This document shows positions 21,103 to 31,310 of a stretch of DNA of 64,000 nt, piece by piece. Each line of letters opens with the position of its first letter. Position 1 is the first letter of the stretch. A model generated the notes under the pieces. It did not search any database and was not told the DNA's origin. It saw only the letters and a program-made list of their open reading frames with translations. This DNA is from Alphaproteobacteria bacterium. GTDB taxonomy: Bacteria; Pseudomonadota; Alphaproteobacteria; GCA-2746255. The stretch spans positions 416,001 to 480,000 of the forward strand of contig OZ252220.1 of the NCBI GenBank assembly GCA_965249135.1, written 5' to 3'. Position numbers and translations under genes: made by a program.

Positions 21103-23975
21103 GCGCGCTTCCGCACCCGTTTCCGGGGGCGTTCCACCGCTTGCCTCGCCCGGCTGAGATAGGCCTTCAGGTATTGCCCGGTGTAGCTTTTCGAAACCTC
21201 CGTGACGGCTTCCGGCGTGCCCTCGGCGACGATCCGGCCGCCGCCGCCGCCGCCTTCCGGCCCCAGATCGACGATCCAGTCCGCCGTCTTGATGACCTCG
21301 AGATTGTGCTCGATGACGATGACGGTGTTGCCGCTGTCCACCAGGGCATGGAGGACCTCGAGAAGCTTGCGGATATCCTCGAAATGCAGGCCGGTCGTCG
21401 GCTCGTCGAGAATGTAGAGGGTGCGTCCCGTGGCCCGCCTGGAGAGCTCCTTCGAGAGCTTCACGCGCTGCGCCTCGCCGCCGGACAGCGTGGTCGCCGA
21501 CTGGCCCAGATGCATGTAGCCAAGGCCGACGCGTTTTAAGGTCTCCAGCTTGTCGCGGATCGCCGGCACGGCCTTGAAGAAATCGGCCGCTTCATCAATT
21601 GTCAGTTCAAGAACATCGGCTATCGATTTGTTTTTAAATTTAATTTCCAGCGTTTCCCGGTTGTAGCGCTGGCCCTTGCAGGTGTCGCAGCGGATGTAGA
21701 CGTCGGGCAGGAAATGCATCTCGATGCGGATGACCCCGTCGCCCTGGCAGGCCTCGCAGCGTCCGCCCTTCACGTTGAAGGAGAAACGCCCCGGTTTATA
21801 GCCGCGTGCAGCGGATTCAGGCAGATTCGCGAACCACTCCCGAATCGGCCCGAAGGCGCCGGTATAGGTCGCCGGATTCGATCGGGGCGTGCGCCCGATC
21901 GGGGATTGGTTGATGTCGATGATCTTGTCCAGGAACTCTAGCCCTTCGATCCGCTCGTGATTGCCGGGATGTTCCCGGGCACCGCCCAGGCGGCGGGCGA
22001 TCGCCTTGTAGAGGGTTTCGATCAGAAGCGTCGACTTGCCGCCACCGGAAACCCCGGTCACGCAGATGAAGGTGCCGAGCGGGAAGTGGGCGGTGATTTC
22101 CTTCAAATTGTGGGCGCGGGCGCCGACCACGGTGATGGTCTGGCCGTTGCGCCCGTCCCGCCGCACCTTCGGCAGGGGAATCTGGCGTTTGCCGGTCACG
22201 TATTGAGCGGTGAGGCTTGCCGGATTGGCAAACACCTTCTCCGGCAGTCCGACCGCCACGACGTGCCCGCCATGCACGCCGGCGCCAGGCCCCAGATCGA
22301 CCAGGTAATCCGCATTGCGGATCGCTTCCTCGTCATGTTCGACGACGATCACCGTATTGCCGGTGTCGCGGAGCCGTTTCAGGGTCTCCAGCAGGCGCGC
22401 ATTGTCGCGCTGGTGCAGCCCGATCGAGGGCTCGTCCAGCACATAGAGCACGCCGGTAAGGCCGGAGCCGATCTGCGAGGCGAGCCTTATCCGCTGGCCT
22501 TCTCCGCCGGAAAGGGTGGCCGAGGCGCGCGAAAGCGTCAGGTATTCGAGCCCCACATTGACGAGAAAGCCGAGGCGCGCCGTGATTTCCTTGAGGATCC
22601 GCGCGGCGATTTCCTGTTTTTGTTTCGGCAATGCCGAACCGAGCTCCGTGAACCAGCGATTCGCCTCGAGGATCGACATTTCCGTCACTTCGCCGATGTG
22701 CCGCGCTTCGATCTTGACGGCCAGCGTCTCCGGCTTCAGCCGATAGCCCCCGCAGTCCTCGCAGGGCCGTGCACTTTGGTAGCGCGAGAGTTCTTCCCGA
22801 AGCCATCCATCGTCGGTTTCGTGGTAACGCCGCTCGGTGTTCGGCACGACGCCTTCGAAGGGCTTTCGCGTCTTGTAGGTCTGGAAGCCGTCGTCATAGG
22901 CCGTCGTGACGGCCTCATCGCCGCTGCCGAACAGCAGGATCTCCCGGATGCGCTTCGGAAGCTCCTCGAAGGGCGCGTTCAGGCTGAACTTGTATTTCTT
23001 GGCCAGGCTGGCAAGCGTCTGGTTGTAGTACTGGGAGGAAGCGCTTGCCCAAGGGACAATGGCGCCTTCGCGCAGGCTTTTCGCCTCGTCCGGTACGATG
23101 AGCAGGGGGTCGAAATAGAGGCTGTCGCCCAGACCATCGCAGGCCGGGCAGGCGCCGAAGGGGTTGTTGAAGGAAAAAAGCCGGGGCTCGATCTCCTCGA
23201 TCGTGAAACCGGAGACGGGGCAGGCAAACTTGGCGGAGAAGATCGTCGTTTCCTTTGACTTCTTGTCTTCGACGAATAAAAGCCCGTCCGAAAGCTCAAG
23301 CGCCATCTCGATACTGTCGGCAAGCCGCGTCTCGATTCCCTTGCGCAGGATGAGGCGGTCGACAACGACGGAGATGTCGTGCTTCCGCTTCTTGTCGAAT
23401 GTCGGTACCTCGTCGATTTCGTAGAACTTGCCGTCGACCTTCAGCCGTTGGAAGCCGCGCTTCTGAAGATCCGCGATCTCTTTGCGGTATTCCCCTTTGC
23501 GTCCACGAACGATGGGGGCGAGCAGGTAGATCCGGTTTTCCTTCGGCATCTCCAGGATGCGGTCCACCATCTGGGAGACCGTCTGGCTTTCGATGGGAAG
23601 GCCGGTCGCCGGCGAATAGGGCACGCCGACGCGCGCATAAAGCAGCCTGAGGTAGTCGTAAACTTCCGTGACGGTGCCGACGGTGGAACGGGGATTGCGG
23701 GAGGCGGCCTTCTGTTCGATGGAAATCGCCGGCGACAGGCCCTCGATCGTGTCGACGTCCGGTTTCTGCATCAGCTCGAGGAACTGGCGCGCATAGGCAG
23801 ACAGGGACTCGACGTAGCGGCGCTGTCCCTCGGCGTAGATCGTATCGAAGGCAAGCGAGGACTTCCCGGACCCGGAAAGGCCGGTGACGACGATCAGCCG
23901 GTCGCGCGGCAGATCGAGATCGATGTTCTGCAGATTGTGTTCCCGCGCGCCGCGGATGACGATTTCCGACACCAT
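21099..23975 (-). CDS. uvrA: Excinuclease ABC subunit A
   Basis: [21 protein letters not shown], two ABC cassettes with LSGGE, zinc fingers; start at MVSEIVIRG. Confidence 0.97.
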   Translation of the reverse strand: MVSEIVIRGAREHNLQNIDLDLPRDRLIVVTGLSGSGKSSLAFDTIYAEGQRRYVESLSAYARQFLELMQKPDVDTIEGLSPAISIEQKAASRNPRSTVGTVTEVYDYLRLLYARVGVPYSPATGLPIESQTVSQMVDRILEMPKENRIYLLAPIVRGRKGEYRKEIADLQKRGFQRLKVDGKFYEIDEVPTFDKKRKHDISVVVDRLILRKGIETRLADSIEMALELSDGLLFVEDKKSKETTIFSAKFACPVSGFTIEEIEPRLFSFNNPFGACPACDGLGDSLYFDPLLIVPDEAKSLREGAIVPWASASSQYYNQTLASLAKKYKFSLNAPFEELPKRIREILLFGSGDEAVTTAYDDGFQTYKTRKPFEGVVPNTERRYHETDDGWLREELSRYQSARPCEDCGGYRLKPETLAVKIEARHIGEVTEMSILEANRWFTELGSALPKQKQEIAARILKEITARLGFLVNVGLEYLTLSRASATLSGGEGQRIRLASQIGSGLTGVLYVLDEPSIGLHQRDNARLLETLKRLRDTGNTVIVVEHDEEAIRNADYLVDLGPGAGVHGGHVVAVGLPEKVFANPASLTAQYVTGKRQIPLPKVRRDGRNGQTITVVGARAHNLKEITAHFPLGTFICVTGVSGGGKSTLLIETLYKAIARRLGGAREHPGNHERIEGLEFLDKIIDINQSPIGRTPRSNPATYTGAFGPIREWFANLPESAARGYKPGRFSFNVKGGRCEACQGDGVIRIEMHFLPDVYIRCDTCKGQRYNRETLEIKFKNKSIADVLELTIDEAADFFKAVPAIRDKLETLKRVGLGYMHLGQSATTLSGGEAQRVKLSKELSRRATGRTLYILDEPTTGLHFEDIRKLLEVLHALVDSGNTVIVIEHNLEVIKTADWIVDLGPEGGGGGGRIVAEGTPEAVTEVSKSYTGQYLKAYLSRARQAVERPRKRVRKRA

Positions 23976-24153
23976 AGCGGGGGTGCTGCCTCGCTCATTC
24001 GAGAGGGATTTTCCACGGAATATAAGGATTGTGAGGCCATCTTGCGACTCCCAAACTGGGGTACTGGCTGAACCCATTGCGGGCCGCGACGGAAGCCCGT
24101 ATTTTCGACGAAAGGCCGGATGAAGAACGGTCGCTTTGGAGGGAGGATGAGAC

Positions 24154-24618
24154 ATGGCAGGCAGCGTCAACAAGGTGATTCTGATCGGCAATCTGGGGCG
24201 CGACCCAGAGGTGCGCACGACCCAGGACGGGTACCCCATCGTTCATCTTTCCGTCGCCACCTCGGATTCCTGGAAGGACAAGTCGACCGGCGAACGCCGG
24301 GAGCGGACGGAATGGCATCGGGTCGTCATCTTTAACGAGAAGCTTGGCGAGATCGCCCAGAAATACCTGCGGAAGGGCGCGAAGGTCTTCCTGGAAGGCC
24401 AGCTGCAGACCCGCAAATGGACGGGCAAGGACGGCAACGAGCGCTACACGACCGAAGTCGTGCTGACGCGCTATCGTGGCGAGCTTACGATGCTGGACTC
24501 CCGCGGCGGCGGTGAAGGCGCGCCGGCGCTAGAGGCGGTAGGGGCCGAAGCGGGGGGTGCGGCATCCTCCGGCGGTGCTTCCCAGGGCACCGAATTCGAC
24601 GACGAAATTCCTTTCTAG
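24154..24618 (+). CDS. ssb: Single-stranded DNA-binding protein
   Basis: [17 protein letters not shown]-terminal DDEIPF; divergent from uvrA. Confidence 0.97.
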   Translation: MAGSVNKVILIGNLGRDPEVRTTQDGYPIVHLSVATSDSWKDKSTGERRERTEWHRVVIFNEKLGEIAQKYLRKGAKVFLEGQLQTRKWTGKDGNERYTTEVVLTRYRGELTMLDSRGGGEGAPALEAVGAEAGGAASSGGASQGTEFDDEIPF

Positions 24619-24656
24619 CCGCGCATTTTTAAAGCCCTTTTTCCGCCGCCGGTTGG

Positions 24657-24686
24657 TAGACCGGGGGGCCTGAAATCTGCTATAAT
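24657..24686 (+). promoter_or_regulatory. Putative sigma70 promoter for gyrA
   Basis: TAGACC-N18-TATAAT with extended TGn -10, about 60 nt upstream of the gyrA start. Confidence 0.55.
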
Positions 24687-24745
24687 TCGGCCTCGAAACG
24701 CACTCGCGAATACGGCTGTAACCAATTGAAAAGGCTGGTTTTTTA

Positions 24746-27484
24746 GTGACGCCTCCGGAACAGGCTCCACTCGATATCGAGTCCGTCGCCATCGAAGAGG
24801 AGATGAAGCGCTCCTACCTCGATTACGCGATGAGCGTGATCGTCTCGCGCGCCATTCCGGACGTGCGCGATGGCCTGAAACCGGTTCACCGGCGCATCTT
24901 TTTTGCGATGAAGGAGGCCGGCTACGATTGGAACCGGCCGTACCGTAAATCCGCCCGCGTGGTCGGCGACGTGATGGGCAAGTACCACCCGCACGGCGAT
25001 GCGGCGATCTACGACGCGATGGTGCGGATGGCCCAGGACTTCTCCATGCGCCTGCCACTCCTGGATGGGCAGGGGAATTTCGGCTCGATGGACGGCGATC
25101 CGCCGGCCGCGATGCGCTATACGGAAATCCGCCTCGGCCAGCCTGCCCACACGATGCTGGAGGACATCGACAAAAAGACGGTCGATTTCCAGCCAAACTA
25201 CGACGATTCAAGCTTTGAACCCATCGTGTTGCCGGCCTGCTTCCCCAATCTTCTGGTGAACGGAGCCGGCGGCATCGCCGTCGGCATGGCGACGAATATT
25301 CCGCCCCACAATCTGGGCGAGGTGATCGACGCGGCGTGCGCGATGATCGACGATCCGACCATTTCGATCGAGGAATTGATGGAAATCGTGCCCAGCCCGG
25401 ATTTTCCGACCAGCGGCACGATCCTGGGCAGGACCGGCGTGCGTTCGGCTTACAACACGGGCCGGGGGTCCATCGTCATTCGCGGACGCACCGCGATCGA
25501 GGAAATCGGCAAGAACCGCGAAGCGATCATCGTGACGGAAATCCCCTTTCAGGTGAACAAGGCGCGGATGGTCGAGCGCATCGCCGAGATGGCGCGCAAC
25601 AAGCAGATCGAAGGCATCTCGGACCTTCGGGACGAATCGGACCGCCATGGCGTGCGCGTCGTCGTCGAATTGCGCCGCGATGCCCAGGCCGAGGTCGTGC
25701 TGAACCAGCTTTTCCGCTTCACGCCGCTGCAGACGACCTTCGGCGTCAACATGCTGGCGCTGAACGAAGGCCGACCCGAGCTGATGAGCCTGAAGCAGGT
25801 GTTCGAGGCCTTCCTCCTTTTCCGCGAGGAGGTGATCACCCGGCGCACGATCTTTGAGCTCGGCAAGGTACGCTCGCGCGCCCATCTTCTCGTCGGCCTG
25901 GCCATCGCGGTGGCCAATCTCGATCCCCTCATCGCGCTGATCCGCAAGGCGAAGGACCCGAACGTCGCCCGCGAACAACTGATGAAGCGGGCCTGGATGG
26001 TGAAGGGGGTCGAGCAGGTCATCAAGCTGATCGACGAACCGGGGCGCGCCGTTAAGGAAGGCAAATACAAGCTTTCGGAAGAACAAGCCAAAGCCATTCT
26101 CGAACTCAGGCTGCAACGCTTGACCGGGCTCGAGCGGGACAAGATTGCGCAAGAACTGAAAGAGCTCGTCAAGCAGATCGCCGGCTATCTCAATGTGCTG
26201 CGCGCGCGCGGGAAACTGCTGAAAATCCTGCGCGATGAATTGCAGGAAATGAAGAAGCGCTTCGGGACGCCAAGGCGAACGACGATCGAAGAGGGCGAGT
26301 TCGAGCAGGACATCGAGGATTTGATCCCCCGCGAAGAGATGGTCGTCACGGTAAGCCACAACGGCTACGTGAAGCGCGTGCCTTTAAGCACCTACCGGGC
26401 CCAGCGCCGCGGCGGCAAAGGCCGGGCCGGGATGTCGACCCGGGAGGAGGATTTCGTCACCCAGGTCTTCGTCGTGAACACCCACACGTCGGTCCTTTTC
26501 TTCTCTTCGACCGGCAAGGTTTACAAGCTGAAGGTCTACAAGCTTCCCTTGGGCTCGCCCCAGTCGCTCGGCAAGGCGATGGTGAACCTGCTGCCGCTGG
26601 CGCAAGACGAGACGATTTCGACTCTCATGCCGCTGCCGGAGGACGAAGCGGACGTGGAGAGTCTCACCGTCATGTTTGCGACCAAAGGGGGCAATGTGCG
26701 CCGCAACCGGCTTTCGGATTTCGTTCACGTCATGGCGAACGGCAAGATCGCCATGAAGCTGGGGAAACGCGACCAATTGGTGAGCGTGCGAATCTGCAAG
26801 GACGACGACGACGTTCTGCTTTCCGCCCGATCGGGAAAATGCATCCGTTTCCCAATCACCGGCGTGCGGATCTTCACCGGACGGGCGTCGCTGGGCGTGC
26901 GCGGCATCCGGCTTAACAAGCAAGACCGGGTCATCGACATGTCGACCCTTCGCCACACCGACGTCGAGACGGCGATACGGGACGAATACTTGCGGGTGGC
27001 AAGCTTCCGCCGTCGCGTGGCGAATGAGGCGAACGGCGAGACGAATGGCGAGACGGCGGCACCCGAGCCCTCGGATCCGGATCTCCATGCGCGGATGGCC
27101 AAGGCGGAGGAGTTTCTCCTCTCCGTCACGGAAAACGGCTTTGGCAAGCGAAGTTCGGCCTATGACTACCGGATCACCTCGCGCGGCGGGGTCGGCATCG
27201 TCGGCATCGACACCTCGAAACGCAATGGGCCTGTCGTCGCCACCTTCCGGGTGAAGGATCGGGACCAGATCCTGCTGGTGACGGACAACGGCAAACTCAT
27301 CCGCTGCCCGGTGAACGACATTCGGATCGCCGGCCGGGCCACCCAGGGGGTGACGCTTTTCAAGGTGGCGAAGGGCGAGCACGTCGTCTCCGTCACCCGG
27401 CTCGGCGAGGAGGAAGGCGCGGTCGCCGACGGCGAGAATCCCGACGTCGAGGAAATGCTGCCACCGGAAGAAGGGGCGGCCTGA
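24746..27484 (+). CDS. gyrA: DNA gyrase subunit A
   Basis: [13 protein letters not shown] catalytic Tyr, GyrA-box QRRGGKG. Confidence 0.97.
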   Translation: MTPPEQAPLDIESVAIEEEMKRSYLDYAMSVIVSRAIPDVRDGLKPVHRRIFFAMKEAGYDWNRPYRKSARVVGDVMGKYHPHGDAAIYDAMVRMAQDFSMRLPLLDGQGNFGSMDGDPPAAMRYTEIRLGQPAHTMLEDIDKKTVDFQPNYDDSSFEPIVLPACFPNLLVNGAGGIAVGMATNIPPHNLGEVIDAACAMIDDPTISIEELMEIVPSPDFPTSGTILGRTGVRSAYNTGRGSIVIRGRTAIEEIGKNREAIIVTEIPFQVNKARMVERIAEMARNKQIEGISDLRDESDRHGVRVVVELRRDAQAEVVLNQLFRFTPLQTTFGVNMLALNEGRPELMSLKQVFEAFLLFREEVITRRTIFELGKVRSRAHLLVGLAIAVANLDPLIALIRKAKDPNVAREQLMKRAWMVKGVEQVIKLIDEPGRAVKEGKYKLSEEQAKAILELRLQRLTGLERDKIAQELKELVKQIAGYLNVLRARGKLLKILRDELQEMKKRFGTPRRTTIEEGEFEQDIEDLIPREEMVVTVSHNGYVKRVPLSTYRAQRRGGKGRAGMSTREEDFVTQVFVVNTHTSVLFFSSTGKVYKLKVYKLPLGSPQSLGKAMVNLLPLAQDETISTLMPLPEDEADVESLTVMFATKGGNVRRNRLSDFVHVMANGKIAMKLGKRDQLVSVRICKDDDDVLLSARSGKCIRFPITGVRIFTGRASLGVRGIRLNKQDRVIDMSTLRHTDVETAIRDEYLRVASFRRRVANEANGETNGETAAPEPSDPDLHARMAKAEEFLLSVTENGFGKRSSAYDYRITSRGGVGIVGIDTSKRNGPVVATFRVKDRDQILLVTDNGKLIRCPVNDIRIAGRATQGVTLFKVAKGEHVVSVTRLGEEEGAVADGENPDVEEMLPPEEGAA

Positions 27485-28023
27485 TGGGGAAGAACCGCAT
27501 CGGCATCTATCCGGGCACCTTCGACCCGATCACGAACGGGCATATCGACATCATCGGCCGTGCCACGAAGTTCCTGGACAAAGTCATCGTCGGTGTCGCC
27601 GAGAACGCCGGCAAGGACCCGATGTTCGAATTGGCCGTACGCGTCCATATGGTCGAGGAAGAGGTCAAAGCGCTTAATCGCGACGGCATCCGCATCCGGG
27701 TGAAGGCGTTCAGCAACCTACTCATGGACTTCGCGATCGAGAACAAGGCCTCCGTGATCCTGCGAGGTTTGCGCGCCGTTTCCGATTTCGAGTATGAGTT
27801 CCAGATGGCCGGCATGAATGCGCACCTTCACCCGCAAATCGAGACGGTCTTCCTGATGGCCTCGGAGCGCCACCAGTTCATCTCGTCGCGCTTCGTGAAG
27901 GAGGTGGGCCGCCTCGGCGGCGATGTAAGCGAATTCGTCTCGCCCCACGTACTTGCCCATATGCGGGTTCGTTTCGAGAATGGGGATCCGAAAAAGCTCA
28001 TCCAGACCTTTGAGGAAAACTGA
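27484..28023 (+). CDS. coaD: Pantetheine-phosphate adenylyltransferase
   Basis: YPGTFDPITNGH, RGLRAVSDFEYE. Confidence 0.96.
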   Translation: MGKNRIGIYPGTFDPITNGHIDIIGRATKFLDKVIVGVAENAGKDPMFELAVRVHMVEEEVKALNRDGIRIRVKAFSNLLMDFAIENKASVILRGLRAVSDFEYEFQMAGMNAHLHPQIETVFLMASERHQFISSRFVKEVGRLGGDVSEFVSPHVLAHMRVRFENGDPKKLIQTFEEN

Positions 28024-28042
28024 CAACAGCTTGAGAAATCTC

Positions 28043-28594
28043 ATGAAAATATGGACATTCCCGGCCCTGATTCTTGGCCTGTTCGGGCTGACGACACCTT
28101 CCGAAGCCGCCGACTTTGAGAACACGCTCTATCTCGACCTTGTGGGCGGCCGGGTGGTCATCGAATTGCGCCCGGATCTCGCCCCCAACCACGTCGCCCG
28201 GATCAAGGAGCTGGTGCGCGAAGGTTTCTACGATGGGCTGGTCTTTCACCGGGTGATCGTCGGCTTCATGGCCCAGACCGGCGATCCGCAAGGCAACGGG
28301 ACCGGCGGGTCCGGCAAGAACTTAAAGGCGGAATTCTCGGACGAGCCCCATGTGCGGGGCACCCTTTCCATGGCCCGGGCCCAGGACCCGGACAGCGCCG
28401 ACAGCCAGTTCTTCATCGTATTTGCGCCGGCCCCGTTCCTCGATGGCCAATACACGGTGTGGGGGAAGGTCACCTCCGGCATCGAAGCCGTGGACCAGAT
28501 CAAGAAGGGAAATTCCCAGGCCAACGGCAAGGTTACGGACCCGGACAGGATCTTACGCTTCCAGGTCGCGGCCGACGTCGAAACCGGGAAATAG
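28043..28594 (+). CDS. Cyclophilin-type peptidylprolyl isomerase (exported)
   Basis: Signal peptide, FHRVIVGFMAQTGDP, SMARAQDPDSADSQFFI. Confidence 0.93.
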   Translation: MKIWTFPALILGLFGLTTPSEAADFENTLYLDLVGGRVVIELRPDLAPNHVARIKELVREGFYDGLVFHRVIVGFMAQTGDPQGNGTGGSGKNLKAEFSDEPHVRGTLSMARAQDPDSADSQFFIVFAPAPFLDGQYTVWGKVTSGIEAVDQIKKGNSQANGKVTDPDRILRFQVAADVETGK

Positions 28595-28640
28595 CTGGAA
28601 ACCTTCATGCCTTTGGGGGTAGGGGTGGGGCTCCTTGGAT

Positions 28641-28716
28641 GGGCCCGTAGCTCAGTTGGCAGAGCATCTGACTTTTAATCAGAGGGTCACAGGTTCGAAT
28701 CCTGTCGGGCTCACCA
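28641..28716 (+). tRNA. tRNA-Lys(UUU)
   Basis: GGGCCCGTAGCTCAGTTGG...TCTGA-CTTTTAA-TCAGA...GGTTCGAATCC...CACCA. Confidence 0.97.
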
Positions 28717-28740
28717 TTTAAACAGGCACGCGAACAACTT

Positions 28741-29226
28741 ATGCCTTCCTTCGATATCGTTTCCCGTACCGACTTGGCCGAAGTCGACAACGCCGTGCAG
28801 GGCGCATCGCGCGAGATCGCGACGCGCTACGACTTCAAGGGCAGCAAATGCTCGATCGAGCGGGCCGAGAACACGCTCACCATCAAGGCGGACGACGATT
28901 TCAAGCTGAAGCAGGTGCAGGAACTGTTGCGCGTCTATCTGGCCCGGCGCAAGGTGGACGCCGGCGCGTTTGATTTTGGAAAACCCGAGAAGGCCACCGG
29001 CAATTCACTGCGCCAGACGGTGACCATCAAGCAGGGCATCGAGCGCGAGCTTACCCAGCAGATCGTAAAGGCGATCAAGGGATCGAAGCTGAAGGTGCAG
29101 GCCGCCATCCAGGGCGACGCGATGCGCATCTCCGGAAAAAAGCGGGACAATCTGCAAGACGTGATCGCGCTGGTCAAAGCGCTAAAGATCACCCAGCCCC
29201 TTCAATACGTGAACTTCCGGGACTAA
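28741..29226 (+). CDS. yajQ: YajQ family cyclic-di-GMP-binding protein
   Basis: MPSFDIVS, RYDFKG, QIQ-like IQGD, GKKRDNLQ, ends NFRD. Confidence 0.95.
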   Translation: MPSFDIVSRTDLAEVDNAVQGASREIATRYDFKGSKCSIERAENTLTIKADDDFKLKQVQELLRVYLARRKVDAGAFDFGKPEKATGNSLRQTVTIKQGIERELTQQIVKAIKGSKLKVQAAIQGDAMRISGKKRDNLQDVIALVKALKITQPLQYVNFRD

Positions 29227-29232
29227 CTTAAC

Positions 29233-29529
29233 TCACGCCCCCTCGACGCCGACGCGCCGGCCCGCTTCTTGGAATTCTTCACGCTTGAAGGCGGGTACGG
29301 TCACGATGTGGCCGTAATTGTTCATCCGGTACCAGATCGAAAAGGCCAGCATCGCCTGGGCGTCCTTCGCCTCGACGAAGCCGACGAAGTCGTAGGGCCC
29401 CTGGACGTAGTTCGAGTATTCCATCGTGATGCCGAGCTTCTGGAACTGCTCGTAGACGATCTCCGTCCGGGTGAGCTGCTTGCCGATCCATTTCGGGTGG
29501 TGCTTGCCCAGCATGATGTATCTTGGCAT
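29233..29529 (-). CDS. GYD-domain protein (paralogue 3)
   Basis: ~98 aa, QGPYDFVGFVEA, MLAFSIWY, TVPAF. Confidence 0.8.
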   Translation of the reverse strand: MPRYIMLGKHHPKWIGKQLTRTEIVYEQFQKLGITMEYSNYVQGPYDFVGFVEAKDAQAMLAFSIWYRMNNYGHIVTVPAFKREEFQEAGRRVGVEGA

Positions 29530-29543
29530 GGCCTCGCTCCTCT

Positions 29544-29849
29544 TTAGGCTTCTTCGTCCTTGGTGACGCCGATGCGTTTTCCGACCGCCTCGAATGCGGG
29601 CCGTTGAAAGACCGACATCGTCGTCATCTCGCCATAGCCTTCCGTCCGGTACCAGATCGAAAACGCCAGCATCGATTCGCCGTCCGGCGCATCGACGACG
29701 TCGATGAAGTCGTAGATGCCTTGGGTGTAGTTCGAGGATTTGATCTCAAGGCCGAGGTCTTTCACTTTCGCCGCGACCTTGTCCGTGCGTTCCGGCTGGC
29801 GGCCCATCCATGCTTCGTTGTGTTTGCCCATGATGACGTAGCGGGGCAT
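29544..29849 (-). CDS. GYD-domain protein (paralogue 2)
   Basis: QGIYDFIDVVDAPD, MLAFSIWY. Confidence 0.8.
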   Translation of the reverse strand: MPRYVIMGKHNEAWMGRQPERTDKVAAKVKDLGLEIKSSNYTQGIYDFIDVVDAPDGESMLAFSIWYRTEGYGEMTTMSVFQRPAFEAVGKRIGVTKDEEA

Positions 29850-29882
29850 CGTTTTCCTCCCTTCGTTGCGCGCCTTTCCCGG

Positions 29883-30164
29883 TCAACCGATTCGTTTTGC
29901 AGCGCTCTCCAAGGTGGCTTCGTCGAAGGCCGGCATCGTGCTGATCCGGCCGAAGCCCTGCTTCGTGTACCAGAGCGAAAAGGCTAAGATTGCCTCGGCG
30001 TTCGGCGCCTCGACGACGTCGACGAAGTCGAACGCCCCTTGGGTGTAGTAGACGGACTCAAGCGTGATGCCGAGCTTTTCGAGCTCGGCACGCGCCGTTT
30101 TCGTCCGCTCCGCCTGGCACGTCACCCAATCCGGACCCAATTGTCCCAAGAGTACGTATTTCAT
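29883..30164 (-). CDS. GYD-domain protein (paralogue 1)
   Basis: YTQGAFDFVDVVEAP, ILAFSLWY, TMPAF. Confidence 0.82.
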   Translation of the reverse strand: MKYVLLGQLGPDWVTCQAERTKTARAELEKLGITLESVYYTQGAFDFVDVVEAPNAEAILAFSLWYTKQGFGRISTMPAFDEATLESAAKRIG

Positions 30165-30257
30165 GAGTTCTCTCCCTGAATTTTGTGTCTCACCCTTGTT
30201 GCCTGCATAAATTTTGGCTTGGGGGAGTTTCGATTTCGAAAACCGTGCGCCTCATCC

Positions 30258-30539
30258 CTAGCAGGGCACGCTTTTACCTTCCTCCGGATCGAAGCAGCTC
30301 CCCGTCGGTTCGCAAGGATTGCACGGGTTGCAGCCGGCGAGCGTCGTGCCACCCTTCACCGCAGCCGGGTTCGGGCTTGGCATGGCCGAATTTAACTGCG
30401 GCGCCGCGTCTTGAGCCGAAAGGGCGGCTTCGGCGTAAGGGGCGGCGGACGTCATGGCGATCGCAGCGCCACCGGCGGCCAGCAGCAAGGGCAGGGCGGC
30501 GCCGGAAAAAAGCCGGGTTTTCGTGGATTTCTTTTGCAT
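30258..30539 (-). CDS. Secreted Cys-rich peptide B (93 aa; CNPCNPCEP...CFD...VPC)
   Basis: ATG with GGGGGA RBS; basic N-terminus, hydrophobic stretch and AEA signal-peptidase-like site; paralogue of the upstream gene. Confidence 0.75.
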   Translation of the reverse strand: MQKKSTKTRLFSGAALPLLLAAGGAAIAMTSAAPYAEAALSAQDAAPQLNSAMPSPNPAAVKGGTTLAGCNPCNPCEPTGSCFDPEEGKSVPC

Positions 30540-30567
30540 CGATCTTTCCCCCTGTTTCAAAAAGTTC

Positions 30568-30987
30568 TTATTTCGCATTCTCGCGCGGCCCGGAATGCGG
30601 CGTCATGAAGTCCCTGACGTCGGGCTGGGCTTCTTCGGTGTGCTTGGAGGTGCAGGGCACCGGCCGGCCGACGTCCAGATCGAAGCAAAGCTTCGTCGCA
30701 GCCTCGCTCGGGCCGCACGGATGGCAAGGGTTGCACGGATGGCAAGGGTTTGCCCCTTCGGCAAGGCGCTCATGCTTCACCGCCATTGGTTTCACCGCCA
30801 TTGGCTTCACCGCCTTCGGGTTCGGTTGGGTAGCGTTTGCGAAGGGCTGGGTGTCGGGTGCCAGGGCCGCTTCGGCGGAAAAAGTCGCAAACCCGATGAC
30901 GGCCGCCGCAGCGCCCGTGGCCAGCAGCAAAGCGGCGCCGGGTCGCCGCCTGGATGGTGAACGGGATTTCGTCAACTTTTTCTGCAT
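30568..30987 (-). CDS. Secreted Cys-rich peptide A (139 aa; NPCHPCNPCHPCGP...CFD...VPC)
   Basis: ATG with GGAG RBS; MQKK start, signal peptide ending AEA, KPMAV repeats, Cys-x-Pro repeats. Confidence 0.75.
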   Translation of the reverse strand: MQKKLTKSRSPSRRRPGAALLLATGAAAAVIGFATFSAEAALAPDTQPFANATQPNPKAVKPMAVKPMAVKHERLAEGANPCHPCNPCHPCGPSEAATKLCFDLDVGRPVPCTSKHTEEAQPDVRDFMTPHSGPRENAK

Positions 30988-31166
30988 GGCTTTCTCCGTG
31001 CCGGCCATGAACCTTGGCTCCAGGGGCTTTTCGCTTCAAGGATAGCGGAAGGGGACTGCCTCTTGAAGCCCCGCCTCTTGAAGCCCCGGGAGCTTCGAAG
31101 CCGGGCTTTTTTGGGGCAGGGTTGGGCTATAATTGGGGCCAGATCGAACCGTTGCCTGGGCCTTTC

Positions 31167-31310
31167 ATGCCGTCCACCCGCCGCCGCAATCCCGTCGCCA
31201 AGAAGCTCGCCGCCAAGCGGTACCGCCCGAAGGTCGTCACGGACAAGACAAAATATACCCGCAAGACGAAACATAAGAAGAAGCGCACGACCCGCCGGCG
31301 CTCATCGTGA
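31167..31310 (+). CDS. Small basic protein, ArfA-like (47 aa)
   Basis: MPSTRRRNPVAKKLAAKRYRPKVVTDKTKYTRKTKHKK; TATAAT at 31128-31133 upstream. Confidence 0.6.
   Translation: MPSTRRRNPVAKKLAAKRYRPKVVTDKTKYTRKTKHKKKRTTRRRSS

Noticed and set aside
23976-24153. Alphaproteobacterial LexA box between uvrA and ssb
   Set aside because: No GTTC-N7-GTTC or GAAC-N7-GAAC match found by eye
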